This document shows positions 12,101 through 26,964 of a DNA stretch of 64,000 nt, one piece after another. A program made the translations under genes and the position numbers. The first letter of the stretch is position 1. Every line of letters starts with the position of its first letter. This DNA comes from Eledone cirrhosa (Eukaryota), in NCBI GenBank assembly GCA_964016885.1, contig OZ024744.1, forward strand, positions 120,838,001 through 120,902,000, in the 5' to 3' direction. A model generated the notes under the pieces. The model worked only from the letters and a program-made list of their open reading frames with translations. It did no database searches and had not been told where the DNA came from.

Positions 12101-15100
12101 TATCAGAGCTGTGATATCTCAATTCAAAGATTCTTTCCTGAGACATTCTAACCACATGTCATAGTATCAGAGCTGTGATTTCTCAATTTAGATATTCTTT
12201 CCTGAGATATTCTAACCACATGTCATAATATTAGAGCTGTGATATCTCAATTCAGAGATTCTTTCCTGAGATATTCTAACCACATGTCATAGTATCAGAG
12301 CTGTGATCTCTCAATTCAGAGATTCTTTCTTGAGACATTCTAACTCCATGTCCACAGTATCAGAGCTGTGAAGTCTCAATTCAGAGATTCTTTCCTGAGA
12401 CATTCTAACCACATGTCATAGAATCAGAGCTGTGATCTCTCAATTCAGAGATTCTTTCCTGAGAACTTCTAACCACATGTCTGTAGTATCAGAACTGTGA
12501 TCTCTCAATTCAGAGATTCTTTCCTGAGACATTCTAACCACATGTCATAGTAGCAGATCTGTGATGTCTCAATTCAGAGATTCTTTCCTGGGATATTCTA
12601 ACCACATGTCATAGTATCAGAGCTGTGATCTCTCAATTCAGAGATTCTTTCCTGAGACATTCTAACCACATCTCATAGTATCAGAGCTGTGATATCTCAA
12701 TTCAGAGATTCTTTCCTGAGACATTCTAACCATATGTCATTGAATCAGAGCTGTGATCTCTCAATTCAGAGATTCTTTCCTGAGACATTGTAACCACATG
12801 TCATATTATTAGAGCTGTGATCTCTCAATTCAGAGATTCTTTCCTGAGAAATTCTAACCTCATGTCTGTAGTATCAGAGCGGTAATCTCTCAATTCAGAG
12901 AATCTTTCCTGAGACATTCTAACTCCATGTCCACAGTATCAGAGCTGTGATCTCTCAATTCAGAGATTCTTTCCTGAGACATTCTAACCACATGTCATAG
13001 TATCAGTGCTGTGATCTCTCAATATAGAGATTCTTTCCTGAGATATTCTAACCAAATGTCATAGTATCAGAGCTGTGATCTCTCAATTCAGTGATTCTTT
13101 CCTAGGATATTCTAACCACATGTCATAGTATCAGAGCTGTGATCTCTCAATTCAGATATTCTTTCCTGAGACATTCTAACCACATGTCATAGGATCAGAG
13201 TTGTGATCTCTCAATTCAGAGATTCTTTCCTGACATATTCTAACCACATGTCATAGTATCAGAGCTGTGATCTCTCAATTCAGAGATTCTTTCCTGAGAC
13301 ATTCTAACCACATGTCATAGTATTAGAGCTGTGATCTCTCAATTCAGAGAATCTTTCCTGAGACATTCTTACCACATGTCATAGTATCAGAGCTGTGATC
13401 TCTCAATTTAGAGATTCTTTCCTGAGACATTCTAACCACATGTCATAGTATCAGAGCTGTGATCTCTCAATTCAGAGATTCTTTCCTGAGACATTCTCAC
13501 CACATGTCATAGTATCAGAGCTGTGATATCTCAATTCAGAGATTCTTTCCTGATATATTCTAACCACATGTCACACTATCAGAGCTGTGATCTCTCAATT
13601 CAGAGATTCTTTCCTGAGAACTTCTAACCACATGTCTGTAGTATCAGAGCTGTGATCTCTCAATTCAGAGATTCTTTCCTGAGATATTCTAACCACATGT
13701 CATAGTATCAGAGCTGTGATCTCTCAATTCAGAGATTCTTTCCTGAGACATTCTAACCACATGTCATAGTATCAGAACTGTGATCTCTCAATTCAGAAAT
13801 TCTTTGCTGAGACATTCAAACCACATGTCATAGTAGCAGAGCTGTGAACTCTCAATTCAGAGATTCTTTCCTGATACATTCTAACCACATGTCATAGTAT
13901 CAGAGCTGTGATCTCTCAATTCAGAGATTCGTTCCTGAGAACTTCTAACCACATGTCTGTAGTATCAGAGCTGTGATCTCTCAATTCAGAGATTCTTTCC
14001 TGAGACATTCTAACCCCTTGTCTGTAGTATCAGAGCTGTATGCTCTCAATTCAGAGATTCTTTCCTGAGACATTCTAACCACATGTCATAGTGTCAGAGC
14101 TGTTATCTCTCAATTCAGAGATTCTTTCCTCAGACATTCTAAGCACATGTCATATTATCAGAGCTGTGATCTCTCAATTCAGAGATTCTTTCCTGAGACA
14201 TTCTAACTCCATGTCCACAGTATCAGAGCTGTGATCTCTCAATTCAGAGATTCTTTCCTGAGATATTCTAACAACATGTCATAATATCAGAGCTATGATC
14301 TCTCAATTCAGAGATTCTTTCCTGAGACATACTAACCACATGTCTGTAGTATCAGAGCTGTGATGTCTCAATTCAGAGATTCTTTCCTGATACATTCTAA
14401 CCACATGACATAGTATCAGAGCTGTGATCTCTCAATTCAGAGATTCTTTACTGAGACATTCTAACCACGTCATAGTATCAGAGCTGTGATATCTCAATTC
14501 AAAGATTCTTTCCTGAGACATTCTAACCACATGTCATAGTATCAGAGCTGTGATTTCTCAATTTAGATATTCTTTCCTGAGATATTCTAACCACATGTCA
14601 TAATATTAGAGCTGTGATATCTCAATTCAGAGATTCTTTCCTGAGATATTCTAACCACATGTCATAGTATCAGAGCTGTGATCTCTCAATTCAGAGATTC
14701 TTTCTTGAGACATTCTAACTCCATGTCCACAGTATCAGAGCTGTGAAGTCTCAATTCAGAGATTCTTTCCTGAGACATTCTAACCACATGTCATAGAATC
14801 AGAGCTGTGATCTCTCAATTCAGAGATTCTTTCCTGAGAACTTCTAACCACATGTCTGTAGTATCAGAACTGTGATCTCTCAATTCAGAGATTCTTTCCT
14901 GAGACATTCTAACCACATGTCATAGTAGCAGATCTGTGATGTCTCAATTCAGAGATTCTTTCCTGGGATATTCTAACCACATGTCATAGTATCAGAACTG
15001 TGATCTCTCAATTCAGAGATTCTTTCCTGAGACATTCTAACCACATCTCATAGTATCAGAGCTGTGATATCTCAATTCAGAGATTCTTTCCTGAGACATT

Positions 15101-15960
15101 CTAACCACATGTCATTGAATCAGAGCTGTGATCTCTCAATTCAGAGATTCTTTCCTGAGACATTGTAACCACATGTCATATTATTAGAGCTGTGATCTCT
15201 CAATTCAGAGATTCTTTCCTGAGAAATTCTAACCTCATGTCTGTAGTATCAGAGCGGTAATCTCTCAATTCAGAGAATCTTTCCTGAGACATTCTAACTC
15301 CATGTCCACAGTATCAGAGCTGTGATCTCTCAATTCAGAGATTCTTTCCTGAGACATTCTAACCACATGTCATAGTATCAGTGCTGTGATCTCTCAATAT
15401 AGAGATTCTTTCCTGAGATATTCTAACCAAATGTCATAGTATCAGAGCTGTGATCTCTCAATTCAGTGATTCTTTCCTAGGATATTCTAACCACATGTCA
15501 TAGTATCAGAGCTGTGATCTCTCAATTCAGATATTCTTTCCTGAGACATTCTAACCACATGTCATAGGATCAGAGTTGTGATCTCTCAATTCAGAGATTC
15601 TTTCCTGAGATATTCTAACCACATGTCATAGTATCAGAGCTGTGATCTCTCAATTCAGAGATTCTTTCCTGAGACATTCTAACCACATGTCATAGTATTA
15701 GAGCTGTGATCTCTCAATTCAGAGAATCTTTCCTGAGACATTCTTACCACATGTCATAGTATCAGAGCTGTGATCTCTCAATTTAGAGATTCTTTCCTGA
15801 GACATTCTAACCACATGTCATAGTATCAGAGCTGTGATCTCTCAATTCAGAGATTCTTTCCTGAGACATTCTCACCACATGTCATAGTATCAGAGCTGTG
15901 ATATCTCAATTCAGAGATTCTTTCCTGATATATTCTAACCACATGTCACACTATCAGAGC
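9180..15960. repeat. Divergent satellite sub-domain with private monomer variants
   Basis: Variants AACCCCTTGTCTGTAG/CTGTATGCTC (9839, 10418, 11639, 14014), TCTAACTATATG, CATTGTATCGGAG, CTGAAATATT, GAAGTCTC, GAGCGGTAATC and TCACACTATC were seen only in this interval. Confidence 0.8.
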
Positions 15961-16380
15961 TGTGATCTCTCAATTCAGAGATTCTTTCCTGAGAACTTCT
16001 AACCACATGTCTGTAGTATCAGAGCTGTGATCTCACAATTCAGAGATTCTTTCCTGAGATATTCTAACCACATGTCATAGTATCAGAGCTGTGATCTCTC
16101 AATTCAGAGATTCTTTCCTGAGACATTCTAACCACATGTCATAGTATCAGAACTGTGATCTCTCAATTCAGAAATTCTTTGCTGAGACATTCAAACCACA
16201 TGTCATAGTAGCAGAGCTGTGAACTCTCAATTCAGAGATTCTTTCCTGATACATTCTAACCACATGTCATAGTATCAGAGCTGTGATCTCTCAATTCAGA
16301 GATTCGTTCCTGAGAACTTCTAACCACATGTCTGTAGTATCAGAGCTGTGATCTCTCAATTCAGAGATTCTTTCCTGAGA
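11598..16380. repeat. Tandem duplication of a 2375-bp unit (37 monomers), two copies
   Basis: CCCCTTG at 11639 and 14014, and TCACACTATC at 13571 and 15946, both at offset 2375. The copies differ at only a few bases. Confidence 0.92.
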
Positions 16381-19300
16381 TATTCTAACCACATGTCATA
16401 GTATCAGAGCTGTGATCTCTCAATTCAGAGATTCTTTCCTGAGACATTCTAACCACATGTCATAGTATCAGAGCTGTGAACTCTCAATTCAGAGATTATT
16501 TCCTGATACATTCTAACCACATGTCATATTATCAGAGCTGTGATCTCTCAATTCAGAGATTCTTTCCTGAGACATTCTAACCACGTCATAGTATCAGAGC
16601 TGTGATATCTCAATTCAGAGATTCTTTCATGAGACATTCTAACCACATGTCATAGTATCAGAGCTGTGATCTCTCAATTTAGATATTCTTTCCTGAGACA
16701 TTCTAACCACATGTCATAGTATTAGAGCTGTTATCTCTCAATTCAGAGATTCTTTCCTGAGACATTCTAACCACGTCATAGTATCAGAGCTGTGATATCT
16801 CAATTCAGAGATTCTTTCATGATACATTCTAACCACATGTCATAGTATCAGAACTGTGATCTCTCAATTCAGAGATTCTTTCCTGAGACATTCTAACCAC
16901 ATGTCATAGTATTAGATCTGTGATCTCTCAATTCAGAGATTCTTTCCAGGGATATTCTAACCACATGTCATAGTATCAGAGCTGTGATCTCTCAATTCAG
17001 AGATTCTTTCCTGAGACATTCTAACCACATCTCATAGTCTAAGAGCTGTGATATCTCAATTCAGAGATTCTTTCCTGAGACATTCTAACCGCATGTCATA
17101 GAATCAGAGCTGTGATCTCTCATTTCAGAGATTCTTTCCTGAGACGTTCTAATCACATGTCATAGCATTAGAGATGTGATCTCTCAATTCAGAGATTCTT
17201 TCCTGAGAAATTCTAACCTCATGTCTGTAGTATCAGAGCTGTGATCTCTCAATTCAGAGAATCTTTCCTGAGACATTCTAATTCCATGTCCACAGTATCA
17301 GAGCTGTGATCTCTCAATTCAGAGATTCTTTCCTGAGACATTCTAACCACATGTCATAGTATCAGTGCTGTGATCTCTCAATATAGAGATTCTTTCCTGA
17401 GATATTCTAACCACATGTCATAGTATCAGAGCTGTGATCTCTCAATTCAGAGATTCTTTCCTGGGATATTCTAAGCACATGTCATAGTATTAGAGCTGTG
17501 ATCTCTCAATTCAGAGATTCTTTCCTGAGACATTCTTACCACATGTCATAGTATCAGTGCTGTGATATCTCAATTCAGAGATTCTTTCCTGAGACATTCT
17601 AACCACGTCATAGTATCAGAGCTGTGATATCTCAATTCAGAGATTCTTTCATGAGACATTCTAACCACATGTCATAGTATCAGAGCTGTGATCTCTCAAT
17701 TTAGATATTCTTTCCTGAGATATTCTAACCACATGTCATAGTATTAGAGCTGTGATCTCTCAATTCAGAGATTCTTTCCTGATACATTCTAACCACATGT
17801 CATAGTACTAGAGCTGTGATCTCTCAATTCAGATATTCTTTCATGAGACATTCTAACCACATGTCATAGTATCAGAGCTGTGATCTCTCATTTCAGAGAT
17901 TCTTCCCTGAGACATTCTAACCACATGTCATAGTATTAGATCTGTGATCTCTCAATTCAGAGATTCTTTCCTGGGATATTCTAACCACATGTCATAGTAT
18001 CAGAGCTGTGATCTCTCAATTCAGAGATTCTTTCCTGAGACATTCTAACCACATCTCATAGTCTAAGAGCTGTGATATCTCAATTCAGAGATTCTTTCCT
18101 GAGACATTCTAACCACATGTCATAGAATCAGAGCTGTGATCTCTCAATTCAGAGATTCCTTCCTGAGACATTCTAACCACATGTCATAGTATTAGAGCTG
18201 TGAACTCTCAATTCAGAGATTCTTTCCTGAGAAATTCTAACCTCATGTCTGTAGTATCAGAGCTGTGATCTCTCAATTCAGAGAATCTTTCCTGGGATAT
18301 TCTAACCACATGTGATAGTATCAGAGCTGTGATCTCTCAATTCAGAGATTCTTTCCTGAGACATTCTAACCACATCTCATAGTCTAAGAGCTGTGATATC
18401 TCAATTCAGAGATTCTTTCCTGAGACATTCTAACTCCATGTCCACAGTATCAGAGCTGTGATCTCTCAATTCAGAGATTCTTTCCTGAGACATTCTAACC
18501 ACATGTCATAGTATCAGTGCTGTGATCTCTCAATATAGAGATTCTTTCCTGAGATATTCTAACCACATGTCATAGTATCAGAGCTGTGATCTCTCAATTC
18601 AGAGATTCTTTCCTGGGATATTCTAACCACATGTGATAGTATCAGAGCTGTGATCTCTCAATTCAGATATTCTTTCCTGAGACATTCTAACCACATGTCA
18701 TAGGATCAGAGTTGTGATCTCTCAATTCAGAGATTCTTTCCTGAGATATTCTAACCACATGTCATAGTATCAGAGCTGTGATCTCTCAATTCAGAGATTC
18801 TTTCCTGAGACATTCTAACCACATGTCATAGTATTAGAGCTGTGATCTCTCAATTCAGAGATTCTTTCCTGAGAAATTCTAACCTCATGTCTGTAGTATC
18901 AGAGCTGTAATCTCTCAATTCAGAGAATCTTTCCTGAGACATTCTTACTCCATGTCCACAGTATCAGAGCTGTGATCTCTCAATTCAGAGATTCTTTCCT
19001 GAGACATTCTAACCACATGTCATATTATCAGTGCTGTGATCTCTCAATATAGAGATTCTTTCCTGAGATATTCTAAACACATGTCATAGTATCAGAGCTG
19101 TGATCTCTCAATTCAGAGATTCTTTCCTAGGATATTCTAACCACATGTCCTAATATCAGAGCTGTGATCTCTCAATTCAGATATTCTTTCCTGAGACATT
19201 CTAACCACATGTCATAGTATCAGAACTGTGATCTCTCAATTCAGAAATTCTTTCCTGAGACATTCTAACCACATGTCATAGTATGAGAGCTGTGAACTCT

Positions 19301-22300
19301 CAATTCAGAGATTCTTTTCTGATACATTCTAACCACATGTCATAGTATCAGAGCTGTGATCTCTCAATTCAGAGATTCTTTCCTGAGACATTCTAACCAC
19401 GTCATAGTATCAGAGCTGTAATATCTCAATTCAGAGATTCTTTCATGAGACATTCTAACCACATGTCATAGTATCAGAGCTGTGATCTCTCAATTTAGAT
19501 ATTCTTTCCTGAGATATTCTAACCACATGTCATAGTATCAGAGCTGTGATCTCTCAATTCAGAGATTCTTTCCTGAGAACTTCTAACCACATGTCTGTAG
19601 TATCAGAGCTGTGATCTCTCAATTCAGAGATTCTTTCCTGAGATATTCTAACCACATGTCATATTATCAGAGCTGTGATCTCTCAATTCAGAGATTCTTT
19701 CGTGAGACATCCTAACCACATGTCATAGTATCAGAGCTGTGAACTCTCAATTCAGAGATTCTTTCCTGATACATTCTAACCACATGTCATAGTATTAGAG
19801 CTGTGATCTCTCAATTCAGAGATTATTTCCTGAGACATTCTAACCACGTCATAGTATCAGAGCTGTGATATCTCAATTCAGAGATTCTTTCATGAGACCT
19901 TCTAACCACATGTCATAGTATCAGAGCTGTGATCTCTCAATTCAGAGATTCTTTCCTGAGACATTCTAACCACATGTCATAGTATTAGATCTGTGATCTC
20001 TCAATTCAGAGATTCTTTCCTGGGATATTCTAACCACATGTCATATTATCAGAGCTGTGATCTCTCAATTCAGAGATTCTTTCCTGAGACATTCTAACCT
20101 CATCTCATAGTCTAAGAGCTGTGATATCTCAATTCAGAGATTCTTTCCTGAGAACTTCTAACCACATGTCTGTAGTATCAGAGCTGTGATCTCTCAATTC
20201 AGAGATTCTTTCCTGAGATATTCTAACCACATGTCATAGTATCAGAGCTGTGATCTCTCAATTCAGAGATTCTTTCCTGAGACATTCTAACCACATGTCA
20301 TAGTATCAGAACTGTGATCTCTCAATTCAGAAATTCTTTGCTGAGACATTCAAACCACATGTCATAGTAGCAGAGCTGTGAACTCTCAATTCAGAGATTC
20401 TTTCCTGATATATTCTAACCACATGTCATAGTATCAGAGCTGTGATCTCTCAATTCAGAGATTCTTTCCTGAGACATTCTAAACACGTCATAGTATCAGA
20501 GCTGTAATATCTCAATTCAGAGATTCTTTCATGAGACATTCTAACCACATGTCATAGTATCAGAGCTGTGATCTCTCAATTTAGATATTCTTTCCTGAGA
20601 TATTCTAATCACATGTCATAGTATTAGAGCTGTGATCTCTCAATTCAGAGATTCTTTCCTGAGACATTCTAACCACATGTCATAGTATCAGAGCTGTGAT
20701 CTCTCAATTCAGAGATTCTTTCCTGAGACATTCTAACCACATGTCATAGTATCAGAACTGTGATCTCTCAATTCAGAAATTCTTTCCTGAGACATTCTAA
20801 CCACATGTCATAGTATCAGAGCTGTGAACTCTCAATTCAGAGATTCTTTTCTTATACATTCTAACCACATGTCATAGTATTAGAGCTGTGATCTCTCAAT
20901 TCAGAGATTCTTTCCTGAGACATTCTAACCACGTTATAGTATCAGAGCTGTGATATCTCAATTCAGAGATTCTTTCATGAGACATTCTAACCACATGTCA
21001 TAGTATCAGAGCTGTGATCTCTCAATTCAGAGATTCTTTCCTGAGAACTTCTAACCACATGTCTGTAGTATCAGAGCTGTGATCTCTCAATTCAGAGATT
21101 CTTTCCTGAGATATTCTAACCACATGTCATAGTATCAGAGCTGTGATCTCTCAATTCAGAGATTCTTTCCTGAGACATTCTAACCACATGTCTGTAGTAT
21201 CAGAGCTGTGATCTCTCAATTCAGAGATTCTTTCCTGAGATATTCTAACCACATGTCATATTATCAGAGCTGTGATCTCTCAATTCAGAGATTCTTTCCT
21301 GAGACATCCTAACCACATGTCATAGTATCAGAGCTGTGAACTCTCAATTCAGAGATTCTTTCCTGATACATTCTAACCACATGTCATAGTATTAGAGCTG
21401 TGATCTCTCAATTCAGAGATTCTTTCCTGAGACATTCTAACCACGTCTTAGTATCAGAGCTGTGATATCTCAATTCAGAGATTCTTTCATGAGACCTTCT
21501 AACCACATGTCATAGTATCAGAACTGTGATCTCTCAATTCAGAGATTCTTTCCTGAGACATTCTAACCACATGTCATAGTATTAGATCTGTGATCTCTCA
21601 ATTCAGAGATTCTTTCCTGGGATATTCTAACCACATGTCATAGTATCAGAGCTGTGATCTCTCAATTCAGAGATTCTTTCCTGAGACATTCTAACCACAT
21701 CTCATAGTCTAAGAGCTGTGATATCTCAATTCAGAGATTCTTTCCTGAGACATTCTAACCGCATGTCATAGATTCAGAGCTGTGATCTCTCAATTCAGAG
21801 ATTCTTTCCTGAGACGTTCTAATCACATGTCATAGCATTAGAGATGTGATCTCTCAATTCAGAGATTCTTTCCTGAGAAATTCTAACCTCATGTCTGTAG
21901 TATCAGAGCTGCGATCTCTCAATTCAGAGAATCTTTCCTGAGACATTCTAATTCCATGTCCACAGTATCAGAGCTGTGATCTCTCAATTCAGAGATTCTT
22001 TCCTGAGACATTCTAACCACATGTCATAGTATCAGTGCTGTGATCTCTCAATATAGAGATTCTTTCCTGAGATATTCTAACCACATGTCATAGTATCAGA
22101 GCTGTGATCTCTCAATTCAGAGATTCTTTCCTGGGATATTCTAAGCACATGTCATAGTATTAGAGCTGTGATCTCTCAATTCAGAGATTCTTTCCTGAGA
22201 CATTCTTACCACATGTCATAGTATCAGTGCTGTGATATCTCAATTCAGAGATTCTTTCCTGAGACATTCTAACCACGTCATAGTATCAGAGCTGTGATAT

Positions 22301-25300
22301 CTCAATTCAGAGATTCTTTCATGAGACATTCTAACCACATGTCATAGTATCAGAGCTGTGATCTCTCAATTTAGATATTCTTTCCTGAGATATTCTAACC
22401 ACATGTCATAGTATTAGAGCTGTGATCTCTCAATTCAGAGATTCTTTCCTGATACATTCTAACCACATGTCATAGTACTAGAGCTGTGATCTCTCAATTC
22501 AGAGATTCTTTCCTGAGACATTCTAATCACGTCATAGTATCAGAGCTGTGATATCTCAATTCAGATATTCTTTCATGAGACATTCTAACCACATGTCATA
22601 GTATCAGATCTGTGATCTCTCAATTCAGAGATTCTTCCCTGAGACATTCTAACCACATGTCATAGTATTAGATCTGTGATCTCTCAATTCAGAGATTCTT
22701 TCCTGGGATATTCTAACCACATGTCATAGTATCAGAGCTGTGATCTCTCAATTCAGAGATTCTTTCCTGAGACATTCTAACCACATCTCATAGTCTAAGA
22801 GCTGTGATATCTCAATTCAGAGATTCTTTCCTGAGACATTCTAACCACATGTCATAGAATCAGAGCTGTGATCTCTCAATTCAGAGATTCCTTCCTGAGA
22901 CATTCTAACCACATGTCATAGTATTAGAGCTGTGATCTCTCAATTCAGAGAATCTTTCCTGGGATATTCTAACCACATGTGATAGTATCAGAGCTGTGAT
23001 CTCTCAATTCAGAGATTCTTTCCTGAGACATTCTAACCACATCTCATAGTCTAAGAGCTGTGATATCTCAATACAGAGATTCTTTCCTGAGACATTCTAA
23101 CTCCATGTCCACAGTATCAGAGCTGTGATCTCTCAATTCAGAGATTCTTTCCTGAGACATTCTAACCACATGTCATAGTATCAGTGCTGTGATCTCTCAA
23201 TATAGAGATTCTTTCCTGAGATATTCTAACCACATGTCATAGTATCAGAGCTGTGATCTCTCAATTCAGAGATTATTTCCTGGGATATTCTAACCACATG
23301 TGATAGTATCAGAGCTGTGATCTCTCAATTCAGAGATTCTTTCCTGAGACATTCTAACCACATGTCATAGTATCAGTGCTGTGATCTCTCAATATAGAGA
23401 TTCTTTCCTGAGATATTCTAACCACATGTCATAGTATCAGAGCTGTGATCTCTCAATTCAGAGATTCTTTCCTGAGACATTCTAACCACATGTCATAGTA
23501 TCAGAACTGTGATCTCTCAATTCAGAAATTCTTTCCTGAGACATTCTAACCACATGTCATAGTATCAGAGCTGTGAACTCTCAATTCAGAGATTCTTTTC
23601 TTATACATTCTAACCACATGTCATAGTATTAGAGCTGTGATCTCTCAATTCAGAGATTCTTTCCTGAGACATTCTAACCACGTTATAGTATCAGAGCTGT
23701 GATATCTCAATTCAGAGATTCTTTCATGAGACATTCTAACCACATGTCATAGTATCAGAGCTGTGATCTCTCAATTCAGAGATTCTTTCCTGAGAACTTC
23801 TAACCACATGTCTGTAGTATCAGAGCTGTGATCTCTCAATTCAGAGATTCTTTCCTGAGATATTCTAACCACATGTCATAGTATCAGAGCTGTGATCTCT
23901 CAATTCAGAGATTCTTTCCTGAGACATTCTAACCACATGTCTGTAGTATCAGAGCTGTGATCTCTCAATTCAGAGATTCTTTCCTGAGATATTCTAACCA
24001 CATGTCATATTATCAGAGCTGTGATCTCTCAATTCAGAGATTCTTTCCTGAGACATCCTAACCACATGTCATAGTATCAGAGCTGTGAACTCTCAATTCA
24101 GAGATTCTTTCCTGATACATTCTAACCACATGTCATAGTATTAGAGCTGTGATCTCTCAATTCAGAGATTCTTTCCTGAGACATTCTAACCACGTCATAG
24201 TATCAGAGCTGTGATATCTCAATTCAGAGATTCTTTCATGAGACCTTCTAACCACATGTCATAGTATCAGAACTGTGATCTCTCAATTCAGAGATTCTTT
24301 CCTGAGACATTCTAACCACATGTCATAGTATTAGATCTGTGATCTCTCAATTCAGATATTCTTTCCTGAGACATTCTAACCACATGTCATAGGATCAGAG
24401 TTGTGATCTCTCAATTCAGAGATTCTTTCCTGAGATATTCTAACCACATGTCATAGTATCAGAGCTGTGATCTCTCAATTCAGAGATTCTTTCCTGAGAC
24501 ATTCTAACCACATGTCATAGTATTAGAGCTGTGATCTCTCAATTCAGAGATTCTTTCCTGAGAAATTCTAACCTCATGTCTGTAGTATCAGAGCTGTAAT
24601 CTCTCAATTCAGAGAATCTTTCCTGAGACATTCTTACTCCATGTCCACAGTATCAGAGCTGTGATCTCTCAATTCAGAGATTCTTTCCTGAGACATTCTA
24701 ACCACATGTCATATTATCAGTGCTGTGATCTCTCAATATAGAGATTCTTTCCTGAGATATTCTAAACACATGTCATAGTATCAGAGCTGTGATCTCTCAA
24801 TTCAGAGATTCTTTCCTAGGATATTCTAACCACATGTCCTAATATCAGAGCTGTGATCTCTCAATTCAGATATTCTTTCCTGAGACATTCTAACCACATG
24901 TCATAGTATCAGAACTGTGATCTCTCAATTCAGAAATTCTTTCCTGAGACATTCTAACCACATGTCATAGTATGAGAGCTGTGAACTCTCAATTCAGAGA
25001 TTCTTTCCTGATACATTCTAACCACATGTCATAGTATCAGATCTGTGATCTCTCAATTCAGAGATTCTTTCCTGAGACATTCTAACCACGTCATAGTATC
25101 AGAGCTGTAATATCTCAATTCAGAGATTCTTTCTTGAGACATTCTAACCACATGTCATAGTATCAGAGCTGTGATCTCTCAATTTAGATATTCTTTCCTG
25201 AGATATTCTAACCACATGTCATAGTATCAGAGCTGTGATCTCTCAATTCAGAGATTCTTTCCTGAGAACTTCTAACCACATGTCTGTAGTATCAGAGCTG

Positions 25301-26964
25301 TGATCTCTCAATTCAGAGATTCTTTCCTGAGATATTCTAACCACATGTCATATTATCAGAGCTGTGATCTCTCAATTCAGAGATTCTTTCCTGAGACATC
25401 CTAACCACATGTCATAGTATCAGAGCTGTGAACTCTCAATTCAGAGATTCTTTCCTGATACATTCTAACCACATGTCATAGTATTAGAGCTGTGATCTCT
25501 CAATTCAGAGATTCTTTCCTGAGACATTCTAACCACGTCATAGTATCAGAGCTGTGATATCTCAATTCAGAGAGTCTTTCCTGAGACATTCTAACCACAT
25601 GTCATAGTATTAGATCTGTGATCTCTCAATTCAGAGATTCTTTCCTGGGATATTCTAACCACATGTCATATTATCAGAGCTGTGATCTCTCAATTCAGAG
25701 ATTCTTTCCTGAGACATTCTAACCTCATCTCATAGTCTAAGAGCTGTGATATCTCAATTCAGAGATTCTTTCCTGAGAACTTCTAACCACATGTCTGTAG
25801 TATCAGAGCTGTGATCTCTCAATTCAGAGATTCTTTCCTGAGATATTCTAACCACATGTCATAGTATCAGAGCTGTGATCTCTCAATTCAGAGATTCTTT
25901 CCTGAGACATTCTAACCACATGTCATAGTATCAGAACTGTGATCTCTCAATTCAGAAATTCTTTGCTGAGACATTCAAACCACATGTCATAGTAGCAGAC
26001 CTGTGAACTCTCAATTCAGAGATTCTTTCCTGATATATTCTAACCACATGTCATAGTATCAGAGCTGTGATCTCTCAATTCAGAGATTCTTTCCTGAGAC
26101 ATTCTAACCACATGTCATAGTATCAGAGCTGTGATCTCTCAATTCAGAGATTCGTTCCTCAGAACTTCTAACCACATGTCTGTAGTATCAGAGCTGTGAT
26201 CTCTCAATTCAGAGATTCTTTCCTGAGATATTCTAACCACATGTCATAGTATCAGAGCTGTGATCTCTCAATTCAGAGATTCTTTCCTGAGACATTCTAA
26301 CCACATGTCATAGTATCAGAGCTGTGAACTCTCAATTCAGAGATTATTTCCTGATACATTCTAACCACATGTCATATTATCAGAGCTGTGATCTCTCAAT
26401 TCAGAGATTCTTTCCTGAGACATTCTAACCACGTCATAGTATCAGAGCTGTGATATCTCAATTCAGAGATTCTTTCATGAGACATTCTAACCACATGTCA
26501 TAGTATCAGAGCTGTGATCTCTCAATTTAGATATTCTTTCCTGAGACATTCTAACCACATGTCATAGTATTAGAGCTGTTATCTCTCAATTCAGAGATTC
26601 ATTCCTGAGACATTCTAACCACGTCATAGTATCAGAGCTGTGATATCTCAATTCAGAGATTCTTTCATGATACATTCTAACCACATGTCATAGTATCAGA
26701 ACTGTGATCTCTCAATTCAGAGATTCTTTCCTGAGACATTCTAACCACATGTCATAGTATTAGATCTGTGATCTCTCAATTCAGAGATTCTTTCCTGGGA
26801 TATTCTAACCACATGTCATAGTATCAGAGCTGTGATCTCTCAATTCAGAGATTCTTTCCTGAGACATTCTAACCACATCTCATAGTCTAAGAGCTGTGAT
26901 ATCTCAATTCAGAGATTCTTTCCTGAGACATTCTAACCGCATGTCATAGAATCAGAGCTGTGAT

